Origin: Convolutriloba macropyga
Taxonomy: Eukaryota
Length of the DNA stretch: 64,000 bases
Assembly (NCBI RefSeq): GCF_964194025.1
Contig: NC_134478.1
Coordinates: 19,654,001-19,718,000, forward strand
Direction: 5' to 3'
Shown: positions 52,326 through 64,000 of the stretch, in pieces
Position numbering within the stretch: position 1 is the stretch's first letter
How the letters are laid out: each line of letters starts with the position of its first letter
The notes under the pieces: generated by a model
The model's input: the letters and a program-made list of their open reading frames with translations, nothing else
The model's database searches: none
What the model was told of the DNA's origin: nothing
Made by a program: the position numbers and the translations under genes

Positions 52326-55300
52326 GTTGGTTTATGAGTTACTTTCGCGAAAATAAGGATTTTGAGATTTCAATAAATTCGATCTTCGTAATTGCAGTGA
52401 CGCGGTAAATAGACTCTCTAGATTTGAATTATCGAAAACTTCTAAGCAACCAGGTTGCTAAACATCAGTGGCAGTTGCTAAACACCAGTATTAATTGGAG
52501 TATCTTTTGGTGTTTAGTCTTTGAAATTCAGTAAAAATTTTCCCTAATTGAACTTTTAACAATATGTACTTTTTAATAGCCGCCCTCATCTTCTCAGCCG
52601 GCTATTATAGCGCTCCTATTTTTTTACAATTCAAAGAATTTGAATTGTATTGGTGCGCTGTGTTTTTTTTAAGATGTGTTCACACATTTTTCAATGACTT
52701 TGATCTTTCAAAACGGGATAAACAGGTAAAGCCCAGCGGGCATTAAGTTTCATTAGAGGCCCAAAGTGGGCTTTAGTAGTCCTTCAAGTGCTTATAGTGG
52801 TGCAGCTGCTGGGATGGCCTTAATTTAAGGTTAAAAGGTCATTTTTAGGAGTTTTTGGGCTCAAAATGGTGCAATTTTTCATGTTTGTGTTTTTTTGAGG
52901 TTTTTTGTTTGATTAGTCTTAGGTTGAAATTTTTAAAAGTTGATGAAAGCTTTTTGCGAGACAAAAGTGCTTGTTATGACGATTTTATGAGCTATATGTT
53001 TTGGTACTACAAACACCAACACGCAAAATGATCCTAATTTTCGCAATTTTTTTCAGGTTTTTTGAAAATTTTTGTCATATTTTGAGTTTTTTAGCCCTAG
53101 GTGTCAAGAAACCTCATCTAGAGTTTGATAATGGGTTTGATGATAGATTACTGCTTAGTTTCCAGTGGTAATGGAATGTTTTTCCACTTTTTGCCATCAT
53201 GAATTTTACCATTTTTTGACAAAACTTGCTATTTTTTTCATAGTTTTTGACATTTATTGTCATTATTCAAGTTATTTGAGTCCCAGGGGCAACAAAACCT
53301 CATCAGTAGTTGGAAAATAAGTTACTGAAAAATTTTTAGTTGTCATGGAATAGGTTTCATCTTTTGAATATCACAAATTTTAGCAATTTTTTTCAACAAA
53401 TTAACCTTTCGACTAAGTTTTTTTGATAAAATTTGCAATTTTTTTCAAGGTTTTTGAAAACATTTGTATTTTATTTATTTTTTCTTGCCTCAGTAGCCAG
53501 GTAACCTCATCCAGGGTTCGATAGTATGTTATTAAATAGTAGCTAGGGGGCAATTGAATGGCTTTCAACATTTTAATAGAACGAATTTCTATTTTTTGAA
53601 AATTGAAATTTTTTCAAAATTATTGCCTATCGATCTATGAGCCAGTGAGTTTTTTAAAGCTTTGAATTGGGTTACTGGATAGCCCCTGGAGACAGAAATT
53701 ATTCGGAAGATAATTTTATCACGATTTTCAGCAACATTTTCTGATAATTTGCAATTGATTTTTGTTTAAAATTTTTGGGTCATTTTCGAGTTAATCATCG
53801 ATCTTCAAGGGCCAATGAATATTTTTCATGTGCTGCTGATATAATACTGGAACGATTTCAGAAACAAAAATTGGTTTTTAACATGTTTTTGGAATAGGTA
53901 TTTTTAATGGGAAAAAGTTTTGCCTTTGAGTTTAAAAGCTTCAAGAGTTTTATCAATAAGTATATTTTTGTTGAGGTTTGATTCTTTTAGTTTCTCATTT
54001 TTAGGATGATTTTTTTTGTGTGCTGGCTAAAATTGTTCAATTGATCTGCTGGTCAGGTAGAGTACGTCTGAGTTTTTTCATTCAATTCTTTGAATTGTAT
54101 TTCAGGACTGGTTCGGCTATGTTTTTTTACTTCGTCGAATAAAAAAAAGTTTCGCTTTACCTCATTTTGCCGCCTTTTCAACATTTTGCGTGAAATCTTT
54201 TTGACTTCTCTGGGCTAGTTTTTCTCTTCTCTCATTCTGCTAAAAGTGATTTTGAACATCAGTTGCTCAGCAAAGCAATTAAAATTGAACAGAGTCAGTA
54301 TAAAAAATTGAAGTCAGAATTAGAAACGGGATAAACCCATAAAGCCCAATTTTAGATGCCCGCTATTTGAACGTCGTTCCTATAAGTCTTAGTTACCATC
54401 TCTAATGCTTATTGGTATTGATAGTAGCCCCTGTAGCCTCTCTCTAAGAAACAGAAGTACGTTATGTTCAAATACGAAATACCATCAAAATAAATCGGAC
54501 TTAAAAAATGTTTTTGTACAAAAATCTTTTTTTTTCAATATCGTCTATTCTTTCAATCCCAATCATGCTTATTGGAATCAACGGCGGCTATTTTCCGGCA
54601 ATCTGCCGGGTATGTTTTGAATTTTTTTTTAATGTTTCAGATCTTTGAACGTTTTTCACATTTTATAAAACAGGAGGATGACTATGTATTCTTGCGTAGC
54701 CTAGAATGATAGGTAATAAATAGTCATTGTTGTACCTAAAACTTGTTTTTCAATTCGATTTTAAATTTTCAAAAATTAGGAAGTAGTCGGTTTTTTCAAC
54801 ATTGTGTCTATATTCTCCACATTCTGGGCTGTATCATTCTAGCAATCTCCTAAGACCTATAGTTTGTTTGCTCTGCTTTTATTAATTTTTGAAAAAAATT
54901 ATTGATTTTAGCCTTTGTTTCTTAGATTTCATTTTTTTTGGTTTTCAATTGGTTTGTTTAAACTTAATGCAGCACAAATTATGCTGGAATTAATTTTGAT
55001 AATTTTGACTGATATTTGATGTGTTTTCCCTATGTCCTGAAATTTGTTTTTTTTTAAATAACTCAATTCAGTTTCTATGAATATTAGCTGCCTTATGCTT
55101 CGGTATGGTGTTTTTGGATCCTTTAGGTGCAGAGTTTTATGTTTTAAGGTAATTATCTTGAGTTATTTTATGAAAGTTTTTGACGCGGTGTTTTTGAGCC
55201 TGTTAGATTTTTCCATCCTAAGACTTGTCCCTATTTTTAAATGTTGCGAGATATGTTTATAATAATAAATTTTAACTTATCAAGTTTTCACAGTCAGTTC

Positions 55301-58300
55301 TTTGTCAAACTTACGTTTGAAGACTTACATCTCTGCCGCTTTTATGGTAACTGAAATAAACTTTTGGTTTGATATTTCCATCTTTCCTCTGTGTTAGCAT
55401 TGCCCGGCTTTTCGTTGTCTTTCCGGTGTTCTAATGGCTATGATTTTTACTATCCTTGAATTAGAGAGCATTGATGCTGTCTTTTTAAAGATGTATTCGC
55501 TCATATCTCCCGTGTCTTTGAGTTTTCAAAACGGGAAAAATAGGTAGAGCCCAGTGGGCAAAAGGTTTCTTTGGAGGCCATTCGCAAGCTTTAGTGCTCT
55601 TTCGAGTGAATAGTGTGCTGAAGTTAACAAGAAGGCATTTCACATTTATTGTCACTTGATATTTTCGAGATTTTTAAGTGCTGCTTTCATTACCAATGTC
55701 ACTGATCATTAAAATCTTTTGCTAGATTTTTTTGTCTTTTGTTAATTTTAATAATTTTTTGTTCCGTTTTTCGAGGTATATGTATTGGTTTTGCAAACTT
55801 AAATAAAAAAGATCCTAATTTTTTCTCTTAGTTGATCTCAAACGAAGTTTGTAGCAGTTTTATTAATCCTGTGATCTTTTTTATGCAATTTTTCGCTTGA
55901 CCGATTTTTTGGCTGACCGATGTAAAACTCATTGGCTGGGAATGTTCAATTGCCTGTTGATCAGGTGGAATAGTTTCGAATATTTCATTCAATGCTTTTA
56001 TTTGTTTTCTAGGACTGGTCATGCTATGTTTTTTTATTATTTCATCACGTTCGTTTTGCATAAGCCATGGCTTTCAAGTTTTATTTCTGACGTACCTCAC
56101 GTATTGTTTGTTCTGAATATACCTTGAATCCAATCGATCAACAATTTACTCAATTATAGTTGGTCAAGGTAAACGAGCAAAATTAAAAGAAAGAGATAAA
56201 CCGATAAAGCACGTTTATCAAGTCATTGCTTCATTTTATCAAAGTTCATTGGAATATGAATTTTAAGAAGCTGCAGTTTATGAAACAGATTTATTATAGT
56301 TGTTTAATGTAACTATGACAACCTATGTACAAGGTTTTTTAGTATTCTAACAGCAGTTCATAGCGCTAATGGAACTCTTTGGCGTCCTCTAAGAGGAGGA
56401 CTGTAAGAAGAGTGCAATAAAGGTAAAAAAAGTATGCATGAAATCTTTGTTACTTTAGTTTATAGTATGAATATGGACTATGTCAACTTGACATTTTCTG
56501 TAGAAGTATTGTTAACCTGTGCTGTTTAATTTGGCTTTTCGTTGGGTTTGCTTCCCAATTGTTCCCGGGAGAATCAAGAGTGGATTTGACATGTATAATC
56601 GTCGACGACTGAACACTTCCATAAATTTTGCAAACAATTTGCATATCAAAGATTACAGTGCTAATGAACAAAACCAAAAACTAATTGTATTTCTCAGTCT
56701 TGAGTGACCTTTAGAGTAGAAGTTAGTCTAAGCCTGATGTTTTTCAATTCAAGCATCCAAATTCAATTCAAAAGCTAGAAAAAGCAGAATCCTCTCAATT
56801 TTGTACATTTGAAAATAGATGTCTTGCCACGGCCTTTTTAATTGATTACAAGTTAATCCTTTGATTCTTCTTCTTTAATGAAAGTAGAAATTTCGAATTC
56901 ACCTTTGTTTTGAGTGCTAAGTTGAACTTCTTCGTTTTGAAAGTTTTGGTTTAACAGAGCGCAGTTTTCTTCACCTGTTTTGTCCAGAAGATCTTTTAGA
57001 AGTATCTTCCCTTCGCCTATTTAGATATTTGACCAAAGCAATTATCGGGCTTTGTTTCAACTCGGTCTCACCTCGTCTCAAATCTAGCTGTTACACTAAT
57101 TAATTCATTCAAGCAACACTTGGAAAAAGCTTTTTGGATACAAGGCGTGTCAATTTTCTATTTTTCTGTTTCAATGCCGATAGTCATAAAGGTGGTCAAC
57201 AGCGGCTATTTTCAAAAGGTGGTCAACACGTCAATCTGTTGGCTATGTTCTGGTCAGTTCATCAAGGTTTCAGTCATCATGCGCTGCTCAAACTTTCACG
57301 AAAAACTGTTCAGGTAGCCTTTATGCCGGGGGAGCTCATTCATACCAATGAGGTGCTTGTTCTACTGGGGGATGGATACTTTGTGGAGACAACAGCTCCT
57401 AAGGCATCCGAGATTGCAGAAAAAAGACTTAATCTAATTGCTGAGAGACGCAAAGAGCTGGAAGAAGCTATCAAAAGGCAGAAAAACGAGGTCGAAAGGT
57501 TACGCTGATTTTTTAAATCGAATATGATGCTCTTTACATGTTTGGGCTCATTAAGGTGGTGTGATTAAAAATGCTCTTGTGCTTCATTCAACATGTAATT
57601 GAAAAGAATTTCAATTTAAGTTTTAGGAAGAATTGAAAAATAAGTGAGCTTAGTTCAAAAATTTCACAAAATTAGCTTTCTTGTTAGCTGGCAGAACAAT
57701 GCGACAAAAACATTGCTCCTTTACTGGTCTAATGTTTTCAGCGGCAAAAGCGGTTATGTTCAGTCGCCAATTGTTTAGAAAGCCTCAAATTTTTATAGCC
57801 TTCAACCACCTAAATCGATATACTCCGTGATTATATTTGCTTATTGACCCCTTTTTGCAAAATTTTATGTATATTGAAGACAGTATTCTATGTATTTTTC
57901 TCTCAGAAATAAACAATTCTGATTGGGTGATAGTTCCCATTGAATTAATTTAGCGTTGCTAATTTTTAAAGGCCGCGAAACGAAATGGGTTACAGCTGTC
58001 ACAGTTGTCCCTGCCTTTATGCAATTTCGCGGCTAATGATGAGTTGGCTTAATGAATATATCTCGAAAACCAAATGTCGAAGGATTAAATTTTGTGTGGC
58101 TCAACGGAAAGATATTTTGAAAAGAAAAGACGTCTTTTCCTGCCAAAAAATAGGGGACTACTGTATTTGTCTAGAAAAACGCAGAAAACTGATAATTTTT
58201 TTATTGCTGTGAGCTGAGCTAGCTATATTGCGCTGCGCTTAGTTTTTGTTTTGTCATCTGACGGTCATTTTTGTTTTATATTTGTTTTGTATGTTTTTTC

Positions 58301-61300
58301 ACTTGACTTTTAAGGAACTTTTTCACGCTTCATTTCTTGCGTTTTGTGTGATCTAAATTGGAGTTTCTAAAGGTGGTATCGCTGAGTGGTAAAGTTCTGA
58401 CTGTTATCCGGAAAATTGAGGGTTCGAACCTCCTCAATGTTAAACTGAACCAGTCCTTTGAATTCATCGCTTAAGTTGTTTCCTAGGGTTTAATGAGGGG
58501 CTGATAACTTTTTCAACTCGATTTCTGTTTCTGTTTTTCTCTACTTCACAGCACGGAAGTGAGCTTTTTGATTGCATGATCTTTTTTGAAAGAGGGAACT
58601 AACAAGTAATTGGAATTATTCGATGCCCCTGAAATTCGAATTTAAAAATTTTCAAATGTTCACAACTTCTGTGAACAACAATCGTCAAGCCAAGATTGCA
58701 ATTTCTTTGACCGAGCCATAGACTAGTGGAATAAAAGCACAACTGACGGTAGCAAAAGTCTTGCAAGTTTTCACATTTTTTTCCAGCCAGGCTATTTACA
58801 ATTTTTTCAATAAATTCCTCAAAAACGAACGATCGGATAACAGATTTTTCCCCTTTGAGCACATTTTCCCGGAATACTCCCAGAGATAAAAATTTGGGTC
58901 ACCGTATAGATATATTGCTATTGGGTTCACCGTAAGATACAAGCAAAAATTTAATATAGCAACATAAAATCATAAAATTTAAAACCAAATAAACTTTAAA
59001 GATAAACTTTTCATTCTGTTAATGATAATAATTTAGAAAGGCTATATTCCGTTGGTGTTTGTGTAATAATAATATATGATGTAGAAGCTATTCAAATGTT
59101 GATGCTGTTAACTATTTCTGCCGATAAAATAGCTTTTTTTCAAAATTTGAACATTGTCGTTCTTGTTTGTTTTCTCACAATTTGTTATTTTTTTCGTGTC
59201 TGCGTAGCTATAGATGTTTTGATGTTCAGTACACAAAAATTGCTTATCGCCGTTTCCGCGGTATAAAATAATCCAATAAATTAATCCCAATAGCAAAAAA
59301 TTAATCCCAATAGCAATATATCTATGCGGTATAAAATACCGTATAGATATATTGCTATTGGGTTCACCGTAAGATACAAGCAAAAATTTAATATAGCAAC
59401 ATAAAATCATAAAATTTAAAACCAAATAAACTTTAAAGATAAACTTTTCATTCTGTCAATGATAATAATTTAGAAAGGCTATATTCCGTTGGTGTTTGTG
59501 TAATAATAATATATGATGTAGAAGCTATTCAAATGTTGATGCTGTTAACTATTTCTGCCGATAAAATAGCTTTTTTTCAAAATTTGAACATTGTCGTTCT
59601 TGTTTGTTTTCTCACAATTTGTTATTTTTTTCGTGTCTGCGTAGCTATAGATGTTTTGATGTTCAGTACACAAAGATTGCTTATCGCCGTTTCCGCGGTA
59701 TAAAATAATCCAAGTTTTTGAAAATTTTCATGTAACTTTGAACTTTTCAATTTTGAAGAACTTGACAATTCCCTCTGGTGGGTACTGCGGATACAAAAAT
59801 CAAAATTTTGTCAAAAGTGTTTTACACTTTTTATGATGCGCTTTTTTCGGACGAATAACCGTTTTTTTATTCTGTGTGCCTACCTGTGGGTATTATTCAC
59901 GTTACTTTTTTATCAAATGATTTTCAATGTCATGCAATTTTTGAAACTTTTGATAAAAATCGTCATATTTTACTTGACAGATATCAGATATCACATTGTA
60001 TTGTTTCAAGTGCTTTTTTGGGCTAAAATATATCAAATTACGAGAAATTTACAACAGAAAACCCCTTTCGGCTCTGTTCTGTTTTATCCAGCTATGTTGT
60101 AATTGCTTTTGATTTGATGATTATGCGTCTACTCGATCCTTTACAATTGATGGAAGAGCTTTCGTGTGATTATTTAGCTGGCATACGTCAAAGGACTTTA
60201 TGACTATGCCAATAGAACTAATACTTTATCACTGTACGCAGACTATTAAACATTTTCGAATGCTGTTCAAGCATTTGGGGCAATAAAATTTGCAAGCTCC
60301 AAACATCAAGAAATTGTATTTTTTGGTGAAAACAAATTACTGCTAAAATTGTTAATTCAAAACCTAAAATTGTTAATCATTAAAAACTATAGAATCGGTT
60401 TAGTACCTGGGAATATGCTTTGATCAAACACTTAACTGGGGTATTAAGTTAATCGCATACCGCGTCAAATTGCTATTTGTTTCCTTAAACAAACATCTAA
60501 TGATGATGATTGCAGTCCTTTTTGCTAAACCGTTTTGTCTGTTCGGTTGACTATCGCGTACTTGAATTCCTGCGGTTTGTGCGATCCAAATGGCTCTCTA
60601 ATTCACAATATTAAGCTGCTTAACTCAATGGTCGGTAGATTTTTTTGCAAAAAAGTGAAATGTACACCAAAATTGTTTTAATTTCTATTTAGTTAGCTTT
60701 TTGCCCCCCGACACATAGAAGCAGGCAACCAATAGAATCATGTGCACAGTAGAGCAATGATCAGGTTTTTGTGGGGGGGGGGGGGGGAGTTCTAATTTTT
60801 TGTGTGTGATGGCGTGTAACACGTTATTTAGACACTAATTGTGCTTGTAAGTTGATTACATTGAATATATCTATGAAAGATTAGAGCTGACATGCGGAAT
60901 AAAAATTAAAGATTTTAAAATTAAATGTCCTTTTTAGCCTGTAATGTTGCATTTTGTTGGTGCAAAATTGAGCCGTTTGTTCTTGCAACCTAAAACATTT
61001 CCAATTCCAAAGTCATTGCTACAAAAACTTTCACGCAGATTGCTGATGTTTCAGTACAAAGAAATTTGTCGATGAGAATAACTCCGGTCCAGTTCGAGAA
61101 GTTTTTGAGCAGCTGGCAGATGACGATTCAGTTGCCGTCCGAGATGGCAATGCAAATAGAGTTTCGAAGGTTAAGAATGATGACGATAAGGCTGCTGTGT
61201 TGGCTAGTCTTAAGGAGAAGCAGGAGAGAATTCGGAAAGGGGTTAAACAGTTTGAAGAAGGACAATCATCATCGACGTCGCAGAAAAAGAATGCAGAAAT

Positions 61301-63673
61301 CAAAGTCGAAGTGACCAAGAGCGCTCAAATAAAAGTAAGCTGTACATAAAAAGGATTAAAATAGATAGAGAGATGATAAAGCGGACTACAAGATAGTCTC
61401 TCGGTGGTGCATGATATAGATATCGCTCTCCTTCGGGGTAGTGATATCGATAGAGAGATAATAACGCAGGCTACAGAAAAACTGCAAAGATATTATCCGG
61501 CAGATAGATTACACATTCTCTACCGGAGAACGCACAGAGGAGCAGAGATGTTCTGGGAGAGAATTTTGACAAAATGCCATCTAATTGCCTGAATGCCACG
61601 TGGTTTTATGTGTTTAGAGAATTGGTGAAGCACTTGTGGTATTTTTTATTATCTTTTTGACATGAGCGAAAATTAATGGCGTGTAATAAGTTTCCTCTGC
61701 AGAGGCAAAACCTGCCAAGAATGCATTTATACTCTAGGAGTCATCTCAAATTAAAGAATGCACTGATGAGCCTGAAGTAGAGCAGTCGCGAAACTCCACC
61801 TCAAACGTAATGACAACACTGGGGAGTTCAATTGACAAGGAGGCCATTTTGAAGAGAGTGGAGAAACTGATGAGGGAATCGAAGGAATTGGATGAATTGG
61901 ATCGAGAGGAGTCAGAGGATTCCGATGATACGCAGGCACAAGAAAAAGAAGATTACAGAGATGATGTTGGTGCTATTGGTGCAACCAACGAGGCTGATCA
62001 TTGTGCAAAGGAAGCTTTCGTGACAGATACGAAATGTAGTGACAACAGACGTGTTTCGTTTTCTAAAGAGATTGCCATCAGAGAGATTTCACCCACAGGT
62101 AGATTTGTGAATCCCCTGATTTTTCAGTGGACGTTTGGATGAATGCTAGCTGTGTCACCTATTATTAATCAAGCGCTTTTCGTAAACATTGAAAGATGCT
62201 TTTATATTGCCGCTGTAAGCTACTGAAGCGACTATTTTGATGCTAATGCTCACCTCTGAAAATTTACAGTTGCTCAGCAATATAGTTAAATCACAAAAAT
62301 AATATACGTTGAAAAACATACGAAAAATTGTAATTCTTAAATTTTTATTAACAAATTTTTAATAGCCGCACAGCGATAGCTGAGGCTATTATTGGCCTTC
62401 TCTTGGTTTTTAATAGCCGCACAGCGATAGCTGAGGCTATTATTGGCCTTCTCTTGGTTTTTTTTTTTTATTTCGTCGTCATGATTTTTGTTACGACCAT
62501 ATGACGTCACAGCCATTTTTTGTTCATTCGTTCATGCAATTTCAACTGAATTGCATGTGTGACGTCATTTTTCGCTCTTAGTGGAGCGAGTTTTTTTGTT
62601 CATGCGCGTGATTAAATTTTTGGTCACACTTGACTTACCTCACTCTCAAAAATGACTTCCTCACTTTGAAATTGACTTTTATTTACTTTAATTCAAAGAG
62701 ATAAGGTCAAATGGGTGTGTGTCACTCTAAATGAAGGTTATTTGAGATCAGCTAATAGAGGCAGCAATAACTTATACAGATTTTTAATCAAAATCTAACA
62801 AATCAGCCTTCAATGAAAAGACGAATTTTTTTGGTCTGTCTTTTTTACTGTTTTTTTTTTAGACTGCCGATCTACGAATCTATTGCGGCTATTTTCTGGC
62901 AATCTGCCAGCTATGTTTTTTTTTATTTCGTCGTCATGATTTTTGTTACGACCATATGACGTCACAGCCATTTTTTGTTCATTCGTTCATGCAATTTCAA
63001 CTGAATTGCATGTGTGACGTCATTTTTCGCTCTTAGTGGAGCGAGTTTTTTGTTCATGCGCGTGATTAAATTTTTGGTCACACTTGACTTACCTCACTCT
63101 CAAAAATGACTTCCTCACTTTGAAATTGACTTTTATTTACTTTAATTCAAAGAGATAAGGTCAAATGGGTGTGTGTCACTCTAAATGAAGGTTATTTGAG
63201 ATCAGCTAATAGAGGCAGCAATAACTTATACAGATTTTTAATCAAAATATAACAGATCAGCCTTCAATGAAAAGACGAATTTTTTTGGTCGGTCTTTTTT
63301 ACTGTTTTTTTAGACTGCCGATCTACGAATCTATTGCGGCTATTTTCTGGCAATCTGCCAGCTATGTTTACGAATTCTTAAATTTTTACAAGCTAGTTTA
63401 CGAAATTCGCTTCGGCTCAGATGAGACGTGTCATCATTGAAGTTTTTTTCAGGCAAGCAACGTGATGTAAAAACTGAACAATCGACATCAACTTCGGAAA
63501 ATGATCTTAACAATACACAGCTAAAGTCTTGGGAGCCATCAACAGCTGTGGAGGAAACGATTGTCGAACGTAGCGCGACCTTGAGAGAATCTGCGAGCCT
63601 TCAGAACACTCAGAATATGAATGTAGCATCGACTAAACCTGTTTCATTATTCAAGAAGAGCCGAAAACGTTGA
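52113..63673 (+). CDS. URI1: Unconventional prefoldin RPB5 interactor (URI/RMP/Bud27 family), 419 aa; join(52113..52325,57314..57498,61055..61334,61738..62098,63453..63673)
   Basis: Alpha-prefoldin domain MVPLSK|VAFMPGELIHTNEVLVLLGDGYF, acidic middle region, RVSF (RVxF-type) motif, and C-terminal URI box KPVSLFKKSR. Phases 0,2,0,1 are consistent, total 1260 nt. Confidence 0.92.
52572..54616 (+). mobile_element. HINE-like family A element split by a family D insertion (~52621..54123)
   Basis: 52572..52620 joined to 54124..54616 reconstructs the intact copy at 45544..46082. The insert has D subTIRs TACAATTCAAAGAATT / AATTCTTTGAATTGTA. Confidence 0.85.
57314..57498 (+). CDS. URI1: URI1 exon 2
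   Basis: Acceptor GTTCAG|GTA, signature AFMPGELIHTNEVLVLLGD, donor AG|GTTACG. Confidence 0.92.
58901..59713. repeat. Near-perfect ~375-bp direct duplication (period 437) with an inverted junction
   Basis: 58901..59275 is essentially the same as 59338..59713. 59306..59330 is the reverse complement of the unit's first 25 nt. Confidence 0.9.
61055..61334 (+). CDS. URI1: URI1 exon 3
   Basis: Acceptor GTTTCAG|T in phase 2, reading TKKFVDENNSGPVREVFEQL.... Donor AAA|GTAAGC. Confidence 0.8.
61738..62098 (+). CDS. URI1: URI1 exon 4 (acidic region, RVSF)
   Basis: Acceptor ACTCTAG|GAG in frame with ORF 61810. Donor G|GTAGAT. Confidence 0.8.
62361..63369 (+). mobile_element. Family-A-type HINE inserted into a near-identical copy of itself (head-head-body-body)
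   Basis: Heads at 62361..62406 and 62412..62457. Near-identical bodies at ~62461..62917 and ~62918..63369, each ending GCGGCTATTTTCTGGCAATCTGCCAGCTATGTT. Confidence 0.85.
63453..63673 (+). CDS. URI1: URI1 terminal exon (URI box)
   Basis: Acceptor TTTTTTTCAG|GC in phase 1. Ends KPVSLFKKSRKR*. Confidence 0.88.
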
Positions 63674-64000
63674 TTTATCCTCTATTTTTGACTGATATTT
63701 TGAGCATTGTTTTTGGTTGCCCTAGTTTAAATTAAAAGCTAAATCATTTTTGTATACGTTTAGCATTAGAGACACGAAATAAAATTGCAATTGTCGCCGA
63801 CAAGATGAAAAGCGTTTCAGAGCTTCCGAATTTCCTTACTTAAAGCCAACGAAGAACAATTTCGGAACAGTTTGGATTCAAAATGTGAAATTAAAAGTAA
63901 GGCTGTCGATCAAGTTATCTTTTGATTGCTTTTGGTGCATAGTGGTTGATTTTTTAGTTGAATGATGATTGAAATTAATCAGGTGCTGTTCTCACTTGGT

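Noticed and set aside
29718-58440. Functional tRNA genes
   Set aside because: Acceptor, anticodon and T stems pair poorly, and all copies lie inside interspersed repeats.
61031-61318. Minus-strand ORF and the alternative plus ORF 61066..61314 as separate genes
   Set aside because: These are shadows of URI1 exon 3, which is read in another frame fixed by splice phases.

Overview
AT-rich, intron-containing eukaryotic DNA, probably from an invertebrate animal. The repeat landscape suggests an acoel-like genome, but that is only an impression. About 1-24 kb is a stack of dead transposons: (a) a ~1.3-kb tandem repeat; (b) a large, 5'-truncated minus-strand Ty3/Gypsy-type LTR retroelement (RT-RH-IN) with ~7.5 kb of extra coding sequence after pol, including a frameshifted envelope-like gene resembling chuvirus/herpes-gB class III fusion glycoproteins and a probably spliced Pro-rich 3' ORF; (c) a tandem duplication of a composite Gypsy/CRE block; (d) CRE-like REL-endonuclease non-LTR elements; (e) an APE-RT LINE. 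About 24-64 kb holds two plus-strand host genes reconstructed with phase-consistent GT-AG introns: a ~750-aa type-I membrane protein (5 exons plus a possible 24-nt microexon, 24272..47163) and a URI1 prefoldin-like RPB5 interactor orthologue (5 exons, 419 aa, 52113..63673). Their introns contain at least four families of non-autonomous Helentron/HINE-like elements. These repeatedly insert into the T-tract just behind the 5' hairpin of one another or of themselves, forming nested stacks, and some carry degenerate tRNA-like cassettes. No CRISPR array, rRNA or convincing functional tRNA gene was seen. All alignments and translations were done by eye.
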